From an uncultured delta proteobacterium (lineage in GTDB: Bacteria > Desulfobacterota > Binatia > Binatales > Binataceae): DNA of 64,000 nucleotides. The notes beneath the pieces were generated by a model, which had not been told where the DNA came from, did no database searches, and saw only the letters and a program-made list of their open reading frames with translations. Of this stretch, positions 19,014-29,360 are shown piece by piece. Made by a program: the position numbers and the translations under genes. How positions within the stretch are numbered: position 1 is the stretch's first letter; each line of letters starts with the position of its first letter. Location of the stretch: NCBI GenBank assembly GCA_963711565.1, contig CAVQEQ010000002.1, forward strand, positions 1 through 64,000, written 5' to 3'.

Positions 19014-21113
19014 CTAGGCCTCCCGACGGAACTCGAGCTCACCGTTGTAATCGAGCACTAACCTGCCGATCTCTTGTCCGGACTCCCTAAACTCAACCCA
19101 TACCTGACCATCTGCGAGCCTTTCCTTGTCGCGCGATAGGCCAGCCGCGTAACCGTGACGAAGCCGCTCTAGCATCGCTGCCACCCCAGAGGGGAGACTC
19201 CCGTTGGCACAGCCATCTGACCTCCGTCGCAGCGCGACGTACAACTCGAATGTAAGCGGCAGAACGCTATCGCCTACTTCAATACAAGGCATGTCATAAG
19301 CAGGGCGCCCAGGCTTAATGCCCGGTGCTGGCCGCGGACGAATCCCGCTCCTCGGTCCTACAATGATGACGCTTTGCGTCATTCGAGTTTCAGCCTGTCC
19401 AAACGACGAGACCAACGAGCCAGCAAATTGATTGCCTCCCAAAAGATTGGCTACAAGCTGAGCTATTCTTGATAGCCTGCTTTGGTCTCGTAAACTTTCC
19501 TCGTACTCACTTAACAGTCCTTCGTTTGCATGCCTTCCAGCGCTCACCCCGATAATTCGCTTCACCACTGCCGAACTTAAGCGGCGCAAAAATTCGATTG
19601 CAGTTACTGCACTCTGCTTTTCTCGCCCCAAGACGTCCCATTCTTCCTCCGCGCACGCCAGCATCTGGATGAAGCTCTGGCCGAGCTCCGACAATTGCTC
19701 CTTGAATTCATCAAGCCCTTGTCAACATCCCTGCCCAAACTCGTTCTCGATTCGCTTGAGTAAGTCGTTTTCCGAATCACCGCACCACCGAGCCGGGTCG
19801 ATCCACAATCGGTGAACTCCGCGAAGCAAGATCCGAATATGCTTCGAGCTATCTGGTTCGGTGCGCCGGATAGTGTCGCAAACAGCTCGTGTCACCGTCG
19901 CTCCGGCGTTAGATGCTTCCGATCTAACCACGCGCAATTCCTCTTCGGCCGCTAACGTTTGGAACAAACGTTGCGAATACAGGCCACGAGCCAACGGGAT
20001 GATTGCGGTTGCGCGCTGAGCATTATTCGCGGCGTTGCGGTACCGCGACACGAGGTCGTGGACCCACGAACATGGATCCGGATAGGAATCGAAATCTGAC
20101 CACTGTCCGACGATCAGTTCTGCCGTTAGAGAAAACGCATCACGGAAGGACCATCGTTGCCCGGTGGCTAGCTCGCCGCGTCTGAGAATGCGGAAGAGCG
20201 CATCTGAAACCGCCTCGTCGCGAAGCGATTCGGCGTTCTCGCGCATCGGGCACAGCCGTCTCGAGTCGCAATCGTTGCATCGTCCATCCACCTCCCACTC
20301 TTCGACTGCCGTGGCACTCAGGACTATCTCGCTTATGGGCATCCTGCCATCACCGCGCGCCGTCAGGCTCTCAACGTCCAAAGGCCAGCACGTGAAACGC
20401 GGATCGGCAGCCAATGGCCAACACGTTGGTTGGTTTTCCGACAATGCTTCTAAGCCGAGAGCGGTAGCTCGAATGATCTGGTCCAACGCCTCGACAACCG
20501 GACTTCCAGGATATTCGTTGTGCGCCCTTGCTAACGCTCGGGCGAGCAGGCCGCGGTTCGCGCAGCACACGAAGACAGGCAGTTCGCGCTCTGACGAAGT
20601 GACCAAGTCTGCCACGTCCTCTACTAGCAAGTCGGCCGCGTCGGCGATGGCGTTATCGCTGGCCGAAGCGTCCTGAATCAGGGTTAGTCTTCGGATCGTC
20701 AGGCCGAATCGACTCCCGGAAACACCAACATCTCCGCCCGTTATGTTAACCCGTCTCGGCAGCAGCTTCCCGACCCCGAATCTCTGCCGGACGGCTGCAA
20801 CCAACGCGCCGCCGGAATCTAGATTCAAATCGAGCCTCTCCACGAAATCTTGAACCGCCTCCGACTTGCCGTTGCCGGGTCCGCCGATGAGGAAGATCCA
20901 ACGTGGGGCGGTCTCGTCGCCCCCGGCGATGCGAGAAGCTAAATCCCGGAGCCTCACGATGAGCCCAGTTAGAACCAGCGAGCCGATCGGGTTCCCCCAT
21001 CTCGCAAACGGCACACGGACACCGCCACGATCGTGTCCGTGCCAGCCCAGAAGATCTGCTACCCATTCGTTTTTGTTAGCTGGCACGAGCGCGTACCTCG
21101 TCCGATCCGGCAA
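19014..21113 (-). pseudogene. DptF/DndF-like P-loop NTPase interrupted by one in-frame TGA (19722-19724)
   Basis: GGPGNGKS, QDAS, CANRGLL, CxxCx5CP; the 463-aa and 226-aa ORFs share a frame and are joined by GC*QGLDEFKEQL. Confidence 0.72.
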
Positions 21114-22413
21114 CCATCTCGCTCCAAGTTTCCATCAGCACGTATCCCATTACTTCCGCGACAAACGGTGGCATTGCGTTCCCCACCTGGGTGTAGCGCG
21201 GACACTCTCGTTTCCGGCGCATTCCGCCAGTCGTGTATTTTCCCATGAACCCATACCAATCGGGGAAGGACTGCAGCCGCGCGTATTCGCGGACCGTCAG
21301 TATCCGTGGTTCAGAATAATGCAGAAAATCATCTGGCAACGTGGTGAGAGTATGGGAGGGTTTGTCCGGATCAAGGGGCACGATACAGTGCTTTCGAATC
21401 CCCAGACGATCACGGTCAGCCTGCGAAAGGCCAACGCCCTTCTTGCACGTCTTCAGGATTTTCGCGAAGTGGTCGATGGTATCAAGCTTGTGCCTGGGTA
21501 GTCTTAGGCTATTGGGAGCTTTCCCGCCTAACCCGGCGTGTAGCAGCCTCTGGTACGGAGTTTTCGGCCCCTCGTAATCGATCTGATTGAATCTGGGAAA
21601 ATCGTCGCATTCGACAAAATTCTTACCGGTAACCTCCAGGTCAGAGATTGCCTCCCGAGCCGTAACTGCCCTATCGATCGGCAGATCCTTCGATCTCAAG
21701 AACTCAATTCGCTTCGCCGAAACCAGCTGAAAAGGATTCTCCGGTTTGAAATTCGATCCGCGCGTGTCAACGGCGATCACAAACTGCCGTGGGCGCAACT
21801 GGGCGACTCCAAAATCAGAGGCGCTGAGGCATTCATCAAATACTTCGTAGCCCAACTCCTCCAAGCTATCGCGTAATCGCGCCAAAAACGGCCGCGCCGG
21901 TCTCCCGACCTGCGTCCGCCGCTCTTTACGTTTCGTTTTGCCGAATTCTGTAGCGATTCCCTTCACGTTCTCGAAAAGCACTAGTCGCGGCCTGATGGCG
22001 TCTACCATCTCAATGTATTGCTCGAACATGCGGTTCCGCGGATCATCTCGTCGGCGGCGCCCCGCATATGAAAAACCCTGACATGGCGGCCCCCCCGCCA
22101 CGAGGTCGATCTCTCCCCTCAGCTCGCCTAACTGCGAAGAATACTTTTTGAGGAAAGTACTGAGTCGGCAGGATTCCTTCGGAAGCCAGGATGGCCACTG
22201 AAACCGAAATCCGCCAGCGCGATCTATCAAGTTGGATTTGAGTGTCTCGAAGGCGTTCTCTTCTCTTTCAACCGCCAACACTCCTTGCCATCCGGCGGCC
22301 ATGAGTCCCAGCGAGAGACCCCCGCACCCGGCAAACAAGTCGATGAAGGTGGGTCCGTCCGCGATCTCATACCGCGAAACGCGAGCCCTTTCCTGCCCCA
22401 TGTTCCGTTTCAT
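21076..22413 (-). CDS. DNA (cytosine-5)-methyltransferase
   Basis: Motifs DLFAGCGG, GGPPCQGFS, ENVKG, QLRPR, TVREYARLQSFPD, QVGNA; exact start uncertain (22401-22434). Confidence 0.95.
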   Translation of the reverse strand: MKRNMGQERARVSRYEIADGPTFIDLFAGCGGLSLGLMAAGWQGVLAVEREENAFETLKSNLIDRAGGFRFQWPSWLPKESCRLSTFLKKYSSQLGELRGEIDLVAGGPPCQGFSYAGRRRRDDPRNRMFEQYIEMVDAIRPRLVLFENVKGIATEFGKTKRKERRTQVGRPARPFLARLRDSLEELGYEVFDECLSASDFGVAQLRPRQFVIAVDTRGSNFKPENPFQLVSAKRIEFLRSKDLPIDRAVTAREAISDLEVTGKNFVECDDFPRFNQIDYEGPKTPYQRLLHAGLGGKAPNSLRLPRHKLDTIDHFAKILKTCKKGVGLSQADRDRLGIRKHCIVPLDPDKPSHTLTTLPDDFLHYSEPRILTVREYARLQSFPDWYGFMGKYTTGGMRRKRECPRYTQVGNAMPPFVAEVMGYVLMETWSEMVAGSDEVRARAS

Positions 22414-22511
22414 GTCTACGAGTTCTTCACTCAAGATCTGCTCTTCCCCGACAAGCCGACGGCGAGGGACCGACCCGAATCAGGTCGGGGCGCCGAACTC
22501 GCGTGCACTCT

Positions 22512-22982
22512 CTACTGCCGGCCAGCGGCCCTCTCGAACTCGGCGTCGAGTCCTGTCACTTCGTCTGGGTGGATTCTCTTTTTTCGCGCAGCCAAACCCC
22601 GGCTTCCCTCCGACACCAATTCGACCATCACGAACTGCCCCTTACATGGACCCATCACTTCGAGCGCGTGTTTCCTTTCCTCGTTAACGTGGAGGACACG
22701 TCCTTTCTTGCGATCCAGAACAACAAAGAGGCCCCGACTAAGAGGATTGAATCCCATTGCTCGCAGGTCCTCGATCAGATGGCGCGAACGCTGCAGCGAA
22801 AGTCCGCCCCTCTTCAATCGCACCAAATTCTCGAGCTCGGCTATTTCCCGTTCTTCCAGTCGAACTGCAGCGCCCGACTTGCCCGTCCTGCCACGCACAT
22901 CCACGAGTCCCCGCTCAACCCACCCGGCGAGCGTCGAATAAGGGACCTTCTGTTCCCTTGCCAGTTGTTTGAGGGTCGCCAC
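22512..22982 (-). CDS. MerR-like HTH protein, possible operon regulator
   Basis: TLKQLAREQKVPYSTLAGWVERGLV...LKRGGLSLQ. Confidence 0.6.
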   Translation of the reverse strand: MATLKQLAREQKVPYSTLAGWVERGLVDVRGRTGKSGAAVRLEEREIAELENLVRLKRGGLSLQRSRHLIEDLRAMGFNPLSRGLFVVLDRKKGRVLHVNEERKHALEVMGPCKGQFVMVELVSEGSRGLAARKKRIHPDEVTGLDAEFERAAGRQ

Positions 22983-23332
22983 GGCATCATGAACTTTGGA
23001 ACTTGTTCAAGGTATCTTAGGTGTTGAGAGTCTGAAACGCCAGTAATCTTAGGAAGCGAACGGCTCGTCCCGCAGCCGCTTTCAGACCCTAAATGCCGGA
23101 TCTTCCCGACACTGACAGAGATTCCTTGGGGCCTTCGCGAGTCGCCCTGGAGCCTCTGCAAACCGCAGATTCCATTGACACGGCGCCTTCGCTGTGAGCC
23201 GCCCCGCGAGCGCTCCGTAAACTTCGCGTCGCGGCCCCACGCCGCACCCCAACTCCGCCCGCGATCTCCGCTTCGCCGCCGCTCTCATTGGTGGCGTTCG
23301 CTGCGCTAGCAATCCGCGCCAGCCCTCCGGGC

Positions 23333-23512
23333 CGCTTTCGCTCTGTCACGTCCTGCCGCCCGCTCCGCTCGCGCATCTAGAAATCTGCGCACGGCCCTCC
23401 TGTTCGAGGTGTAAGGGCCGCGCGGAAAAAAAGTGGCGCGGTGATGAAAGCAAAGCGCAGCACGCCCTGCCCGATGAACGGGAAGCGGGCGCAAACGAAC
23501 AAGGAGGTTCGT
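23333..23512 (+). promoter_or_regulatory. Nested inverted-repeat leader upstream of ssb, with RBS in a hairpin loop
   Basis: Imperfect arms 23333-23349/23441-23457; inner arms 23389-23398/23414-23423; ACGAAC-AAGGAG-GTTCGT at 23495-23512. Confidence 0.5.
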
Positions 23513-23516
23513 AGTC

Positions 23517-23891
23517 ATGTCAGTTAACAAGGTGATCGTGATCGGCAATCTGGGAGCTAACCCCGACATTCGTGCTCTGCCGTCCGGGCAAAACGTGGCG
23601 AATTTCTCGTTGGCGACCACGGAGCGGTTTACGGACCGCAACGGTGCGAAACAGGAGCGCACCGATTGGCATCGGATCGTTGCATTCGGGCGGCTGGCCG
23701 ATACGTGCGAGCGGTTCCTGAGCAAAGGCCGTCAGGTTTACGTCGAAGGACGGCTTACTACCCGCCAGTACGAAGCCAAGGACGGCAGCGGCAGACGCTA
23801 CCGGACTGAAATCGTGGCGCGGCAACTCCGCCTGCTCGGCAAGCGCGCTGACGCGCCCAAGGCTGAAGCATCCGACGACATCCCGTTTTAG
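23517..23891 (+). CDS. ssb: Single-stranded DNA-binding protein
   Basis: SVNKVIVIGNLGANP, TDWHRIV, KGRQVYVEGRL, DDIPF tail. Confidence 0.96.
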   Translation: MSVNKVIVIGNLGANPDIRALPSGQNVANFSLATTERFTDRNGAKQERTDWHRIVAFGRLADTCERFLSKGRQVYVEGRLTTRQYEAKDGSGRRYRTEIVARQLRLLGKRADAPKAEASDDIPF

Positions 23892-23966
23892 TTCCCCACC
23901 ACGCGACGGGAGAGCCGCGCAAGCGGTTCTCCTCAACCATCCAAACCACAATCGGAGATCACGAAA

Positions 23967-24839
23967 ATGGACGTTTATCAAATCATAACCGACAAGATCA
24001 TCAATCTGCTTGAAAGCGGCGTCGTACCTTGGCGCAGGCCGTGGACCTCAACCGGACTGCCGCGCAACCTTGTCAGCAAGAAGCCATATCGCGGCGTCAA
24101 CGTTTTTCTGCTTTCGGCCTCGAAGCACGTTTCACCGTTTTGGCTGACCTACCGCCAGGCGAATGAACTTGGCGGACACGTCCGCAAAGGCGAGGAGAGC
24201 ACGATCGTCGTTTTCTGGAAGGTCGAAGATTTGAAGCACAGTACCGAAAACCTCGACAACGAACAGACCGAGGAGAAGACGCGCCGGCGGTTCCTGCTCC
24301 GCTACTATAGGGTTTGGAATCTGGAGCAATGCGAGTTTCCGCAAGCCGTGCTCGACAAGCTGCCGAAGATCGAAACGCACGAGCATGATCCAATCGAAGC
24401 GGCCGAGCGAATCATCGCCGGAATGCCAAACCCCTCAGAGATTCAACATACGGGCTCAAAGGCATTCTACAGCCCAATCACTGATCGAATCACCTTGCCA
24501 CCGCGCGAGCTCTTCGCGAGCGTTGAGGAATACTACGCAACGGCTCTGCACGAGACCGTTCATAGTTCAGGAAGTCCGAAACGCCTTGCGCGAGAAGGGA
24601 TATGCGAATCCTCGCCCTTTGGCTCCCCGGTATATTCCAAAGAAGAGATGATCGCGGAAATGGGAGCCGCTTACCTTTGCGCCGAGGCCGGAATCTCAAA
24701 TGCAGTCATTGAGAATCAGGCGGCTTATGTCGCCGGCTGGCTCAGGAAGCTTCGCGAAAATCGTAGGCTCTTGATCAATGCCGCCGCTCAAGCGCAGCAA
24801 GCGGCGGATTATATCCTCCGCAGACTCCGCCTCTCGTGA
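23967..24839 (+). CDS. ardC: ArdC-family ssDNA-binding antirestriction protein
   Basis: VPWRRPW, YRGVN, WLTYRQA, VRKGE, LHETVH, EEMIAEMG, AAYVAGW. Confidence 0.9.
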   Translation: MDVYQIITDKIINLLESGVVPWRRPWTSTGLPRNLVSKKPYRGVNVFLLSASKHVSPFWLTYRQANELGGHVRKGEESTIVVFWKVEDLKHSTENLDNEQTEEKTRRRFLLRYYRVWNLEQCEFPQAVLDKLPKIETHEHDPIEAAERIIAGMPNPSEIQHTGSKAFYSPITDRITLPPRELFASVEEYYATALHETVHSSGSPKRLAREGICESSPFGSPVYSKEEMIAEMGAAYLCAEAGISNAVIENQAAYVAGWLRKLRENRRLLINAAAQAQQAADYILRRLRLS

Positions 24840-24845
24840 TATTCG

Positions 24846-24872
24846 CGGCGCCCGCGCATCGCGCGGGCGCCG
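24846..24872. terminator. 12-bp perfect hairpin after ardC
   Basis: CGGCGCCCGCGC-ATC-GCGCGGGCGCCG between convergent genes; no clear U-tract. Confidence 0.55.
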
Positions 24873-25048
24873 CCGACGAAATTAGTCTCCTTGATCCCTT
24901 AGGAAAAACGGCCGGTCGCCGGCCCAGAAACGGACGCACCGCTCGTATCCGAAACGGATCATTCCAGAACACGCTGAAAAACTGGCATGAATCTAAAATG
25001 TCCACCAGTCTCGTTCTTCCCGTAATATTCGTTCTTGAAGACCGGAAT

Positions 25049-26002
25049 TCACTGACTCGATATCCTCAGGTGAGCGCCGACATACCCAACGAGGATTCGT
25101 TTGGAGACCGGGAAATCGAAAAAGTGAATTCGCGTGTCTCCTCTCTTCAGATGCCATTCAAAGACCCGATACTCGCCATCTGGACATCGAAACCTTCTTT
25201 CATCGCTGTACATATTCAACGTGGATTGACTTTCGCCAGACGCGCTGGGCAGCCCATGAATGTCAAAATTGCCAGTGTCCCACGTTTCACAATAGCATTG
25301 CAGATCTTGGAGCCCCCGCATCACTGCTCTAAAACGTGGCTCGCTCCCTCCGAGAGCCTTTATCTGATTTTCGACTGGCTCACAAAAGTCGAGATTCGGG
25401 AAGAGAGATACTCTATCATCCCACAGTTCGAGCCCACTTGCGGGCGGAGCAGGTTTCTTGCGGTCCAACCATTCAACGTGCACTTCTAAATGAACCGCTC
25501 GGGAAGCGTGCCGCACGCTAAGGATCCGCGTCTCGAAGTCTTCGTTGTTGATCCAGAGCTTTTCAAGGCTTACCGAGTCAACGTTCCATTGGTCGCTAGA
25601 CCGGAAGCTGATCGCGAGGCCATCTATCGAAAAGGCCACTGACAATCCTTGTGCGGGCTGATCAGCACACCTATATTCCACATTCTGAGCGTCGAGTTGC
25701 TCGACCGGGACACAGTCGCTGTAGTCGCTGCGCTTATCGACGAGCGTTTTTATTCGCAAACGTTTTTCGTGGTCTCCGTGATGGTACTCGGCCAGCCAGC
25801 GACCGACAGAAAATCCGGAACTGATCTGCACCTGGGGAAAGTAAGGCGGAGTAACAAGAATCTTCTTTCCCTTGATTCGATGATCGGTGAGAATATTCGA
25901 GAATTCTTCGAGGTACCTTTTCCCACTATTCAAATCTGGCGCTATCGGAGTTGTAGACAATTCATTGAACACCAAGAATACGGTCATTCTAGTTACCGCC
26001 AA
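25049..26002 (-). CDS. Third gene of Menshen-like system (NsnC-like putative effector)
   Basis: Overlaps ATPase gene; C-terminal FEWHLK...RIHF...VGYVGAHL. Confidence 0.65.
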   Translation of the reverse strand: MAVTRMTVFLVFNELSTTPIAPDLNSGKRYLEEFSNILTDHRIKGKKILVTPPYFPQVQISSGFSVGRWLAEYHHGDHEKRLRIKTLVDKRSDYSDCVPVEQLDAQNVEYRCADQPAQGLSVAFSIDGLAISFRSSDQWNVDSVSLEKLWINNEDFETRILSVRHASRAVHLEVHVEWLDRKKPAPPASGLELWDDRVSLFPNLDFCEPVENQIKALGGSEPRFRAVMRGLQDLQCYCETWDTGNFDIHGLPSASGESQSTLNMYSDERRFRCPDGEYRVFEWHLKRGDTRIHFFDFPVSKRILVGYVGAHLRISSQ

Positions 26003-27104
26003 GCAGTTGATCTAAACTCCGTTCGATTTCATCGAAGAAGCCTTCGGGCCATTGAGACAGCCTGCCATTCTCGTCAATATTTAATAAGGTCAGGGAAGGT
26101 GAGCTTCCGCCTGCCTCCCATTTGCTGTGATAAAGCGCGACCTTTGACGGATCAACCTTTTGTCCTTGGACGGCTAGCCGAATTCCGTTCAGCACGTGAT
26201 CGCTGTGAGTCTCCAAGAGGATCTGAATGCCGGCCGCGGATGCCCGAGCCAGAAGGTCCCCCATCTTGAGCTGTCCACGGGGGTGAAGATGAGCTTCCGG
26301 ATTCTCAACGATAATTAGACTTCCAGAGTGGGCTGAGAGGACTGAGACAACAATCGGCAACGCGTATGTGATGCCGAAGCCGACATTGGTAGCGCGATAT
26401 TGTGAACTGGCAACCTGCTTCTGTCCCAGAGAATAAGCAACGCTGAATGTCATAAGGTCCATCTCGGAGTAGCGTTTCACGTTCAAGCGCACGCCCGGAC
26501 TTATTTCCGTCATCCATGCCTCCACTTGTGACTGGAGGGTGTTTGAAGTGGCAGTCGGATGGCGTAACCCTCGTAACTCGACGTTTTCCGAGCCAAAGAG
26601 GGAGAGGAAGTGCACTGCGAACTCGCCGCTTGAACCTAATTGGCGGTGATGTCGAACCTCGTAATCGGACATACCGAAAGATGTTCGAGGTCCAATGCGC
26701 TCGGCGCGGAGGTATTGAAATTCGTCCCGGAAGAGGCTCGTGTTCCAGATCTCTCCCGTGTGCTCATAACCATTGACGGCTAGCACATCACTCTCCTCAC
26801 GATAGGCGAATCGCAGCTTAAGATGTGCAGGGAGGTCGTCCTTTAGTTCGAACGCTATTTCGTCGGTATCAGCTTCTTCAAACAGCACGTCCTTGGCAGT
26901 TCCTAGCTCGGCTAGTTTGCCATTGAGTGTCAACCCGACATTTGGTAGCAGATTCTCAAGGTAAGATTGCCTCAACAAAATGAGGGCCTGGATGACGGTC
27001 AACTTTCCAGAACTATTTAGACCGGCGAGCAGAGTCAGCGGCTTAAGGACGACAACTTGTTGTTTGAAACATTTGAAATTGTCTAATTCGATCGACTGGA
27101 TCAT
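25989..27104 (-). CDS. ABC-type ATPase with DUF3696 (NsnB-like); Walker A reads GKLT
   Basis: [41 protein letters not shown]. Confidence 0.85.
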   Translation of the reverse strand: MIQSIELDNFKCFKQQVVVLKPLTLLAGLNSSGKLTVIQALILLRQSYLENLLPNVGLTLNGKLAELGTAKDVLFEEADTDEIAFELKDDLPAHLKLRFAYREESDVLAVNGYEHTGEIWNTSLFRDEFQYLRAERIGPRTSFGMSDYEVRHHRQLGSSGEFAVHFLSLFGSENVELRGLRHPTATSNTLQSQVEAWMTEISPGVRLNVKRYSEMDLMTFSVAYSLGQKQVASSQYRATNVGFGITYALPIVVSVLSAHSGSLIIVENPEAHLHPRGQLKMGDLLARASAAGIQILLETHSDHVLNGIRLAVQGQKVDPSKVALYHSKWEAGGSSPSLTLLNIDENGRLSQWPEGFFDEIERSLDQLLGGN

Positions 27105-28624
27105 TGAAGTGTCTCCTGAATGATCTCCTCGATCTTTGAAAATCGCAGCCGCACTTTTCGAGGGTCACCCGTACCATATGTAATAGCCGACTCGAAATTA
27201 CTGTCGTCGAGCAACGAAAGAAAGCGTTCTCGCAGTTCGTTGCTCTTCTCTTGGAGTCTATCGACATCGGCTGGAGACAAGGTCTCAACATCTGCAGACC
27301 ACACTTCAAACAGAGCGCGATTGACGGGATAACGCCTTGGGTTTCCTCGTTTCTGCTTCCGGAAAGCTAGATCGCCGAAGAGCCGATAGCAATTCACCAT
27401 TGCCGTGCTAAACCGGTGGCGTAGCTTCTGGATCTCCCCATCTGAGGATTGGTTGAGTTCGATCATGCATTGGTTAAGAAAGGTATCGATATTCTTCGAT
27501 TTGTACTCCTGATATGGCGTTCTCATAAAAGCTAGAAGTCTCAGCACACACTCTCGGTCGCCCATGCGGTCGTCGCGAATTCCTTCGTTCGTGGCCGCGC
27601 GGAACTCCGCACTCTCCGCAAGGTCTTGCAAGAGAAGAGCAGCTTTCCCTTGATTAAGAGCGTGGCGGATCTCCTGGCTCGAAAGCGGCAACCCGCCTGT
27701 ATTGATTCTTTTGAAAATGTTGAACTTGACCTCAGGAGGTGTGTTCTCTTGGATCAGAAACACTGTTACTTGTGTTTCTAATATGCGTCTCTGAAGGCTC
27801 CGGGGTAATTGGTCGAACTTCTTTCCAACACATTCGTTCAGGAACTCGAGTCCGCTGAGCGACAAGGTCCTGTCGATCACAAAACTTCTAAGCGTTGAGA
27901 GACGTTGCAGTCCGTCAACGACGAGCCACTTGCTCTCATCACTCCCGTCCATGTAAAACGCGGGCAGCGGAATTCGGATCAGCAAAGATTCGATCAACTG
28001 ACTTTTTGCTTTTGTGCTCCAGATTCCACCTTTGCGCTGAAAGCCCGGAGTCAAATCGATTTCTTTGTTCCGAATGCGATCCATCAGAAGCGAGATCACC
28101 ATGGGCTTGGTATCAACTCGGATCCGCCCCGGATCGAACGGTTCTGTTATTTCGAAACCACCACCAGTGTCTTCTTCTTCGAGCCCCGTGCCGTCCACCT
28201 CCCCCAATTCCTCGCCCCCAGAATCGTCCGTAGAAGTAGTGGTGACTTCCGGAGATCGGTCCGGAGAACTTTCATGAAGAGCGCTATCCTCGATGGAAAT
28301 GTGTTCAATTGTCTGTGGCCCTTCTCCAGATGCCGCCTTTCCTACACTCGTTATCCCGGTACTCCACACAAACCGTGAGGGCCACCCTCGCCGGCCCTCA
28401 ACGAACTGCCCACACCCTTGATCTTGGAGTTTGCGAAAAAGATCTATAATTTCGCGTCAACGGAATTCATGACCTTCGGCTCTAAGGAGAACAAGGATGC
28501 GGTCGACTTTCGTTTCGGACTGATCGCGTTCGCGGCGCGCGGCATGTTCGAAAAAAACTTTGGCCACCCCACTCTCCATGTAGAGTTGCCGAAGCGTGTC
28601 TATATTTGGCGATTTGAAGTCCAT
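27101..28624 (-). pseudogene. DUF262/ParB-like protein (NsnA-like) with N-terminal domain, interrupted by in-frame TGA at 28457-28459
   Basis: PGFQR, LIESLL.RIP, VDGLQR, FKRINTGG; frame extends upstream to ATG 28624 with GGAGAAAGG RBS. Confidence 0.78.
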
Positions 28625-28934
28625 CCTTTCTCCACCCGAGCGTCATCGCAGACTGATTCAGAGAACTGCAAAGAAGAAATAGCGGTTGTAATCAATATAT
28701 CTGATCTGATTGGTGCCACCGCAAAGCTCGTCAGGATCAGCGTCCTTCTCCTGGCTGGCAATGCCCGGATTGCTAGTCCATGCTTTAAGTTAAAGTGAGC
28801 AATTTCATGGCGGATAGTCCGTCAACCGGCTGGAGTGTGAGAACGTTCCGGTGCTTCGCGGTTACCGTTGCCATTCAGGGCAATACTAAACCCGCACGCC
28901 GCGATCGGTTTTTCCAGGTAAAGGACGGATGACC

Positions 28935-29360
28935 TCATCTGGGAAGTTCTCGGTTTGCGTGCTCAGAGGGGCTCACGCTACCAAGAAGATCGATCAGGAA
29001 AGCGTGGATCGTCGTGATTCGGTTTCCTTTTCTGTTCGGATACGTATCGCCCACCGAATCCCCGTCCCTGTCGGTCACAAGCAATGCCGGAACTTCCGCA
29101 CCAAAAAAACAGGCGGAGCGTCGGTTGGTTCCGAGCATTCTCTTTACCTCATAGTGCCTGTAGACGGCGGGCAAGATCGCACGTGAGTAGCGCTCAATGC
29201 GCTCCTTCTCAGTCAAATTCGCGGTATCCACGAACTCGATATCATCGCCTCTCGCCTTAGCCTCTGCGAGCAGGCTGGGGACGTCCTCAATGCCAGCGTT
29301 TCGCTCGCCGTTGAATGGCTGACGTGTCGGGTCCGACGACGAAAAGTAGGTTAGCTTCAC
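28935..29360 (-). CDS. Hypothetical protein
   Basis: Globular-looking 141-aa ORF (FGAEVPALLV, YPNR); no family assigned. Confidence 0.6.
   Translation of the reverse strand: MKLTYFSSSDPTRQPFNGERNAGIEDVPSLLAEAKARGDDIEFVDTANLTEKERIERYSRAILPAVYRHYEVKRMLGTNRRSACFFGAEVPALLVTDRDGDSVGDTYPNRKGNRITTIHAFLIDLLGSVSPSEHANRELPR

Noticed and set aside
19722-19724. Selenocysteine codon (Cys-UGA plus hairpin)
   Set aside because: Hairpin is only 5 bp, the protein is not a redox family, and the same GTTGAC context explains two other lesions.
28418-28798. 126-aa plus-strand ORF
   Set aside because: Antisense shadow of the extended DUF262 gene, which has the RBS and a more protein-like sequence.
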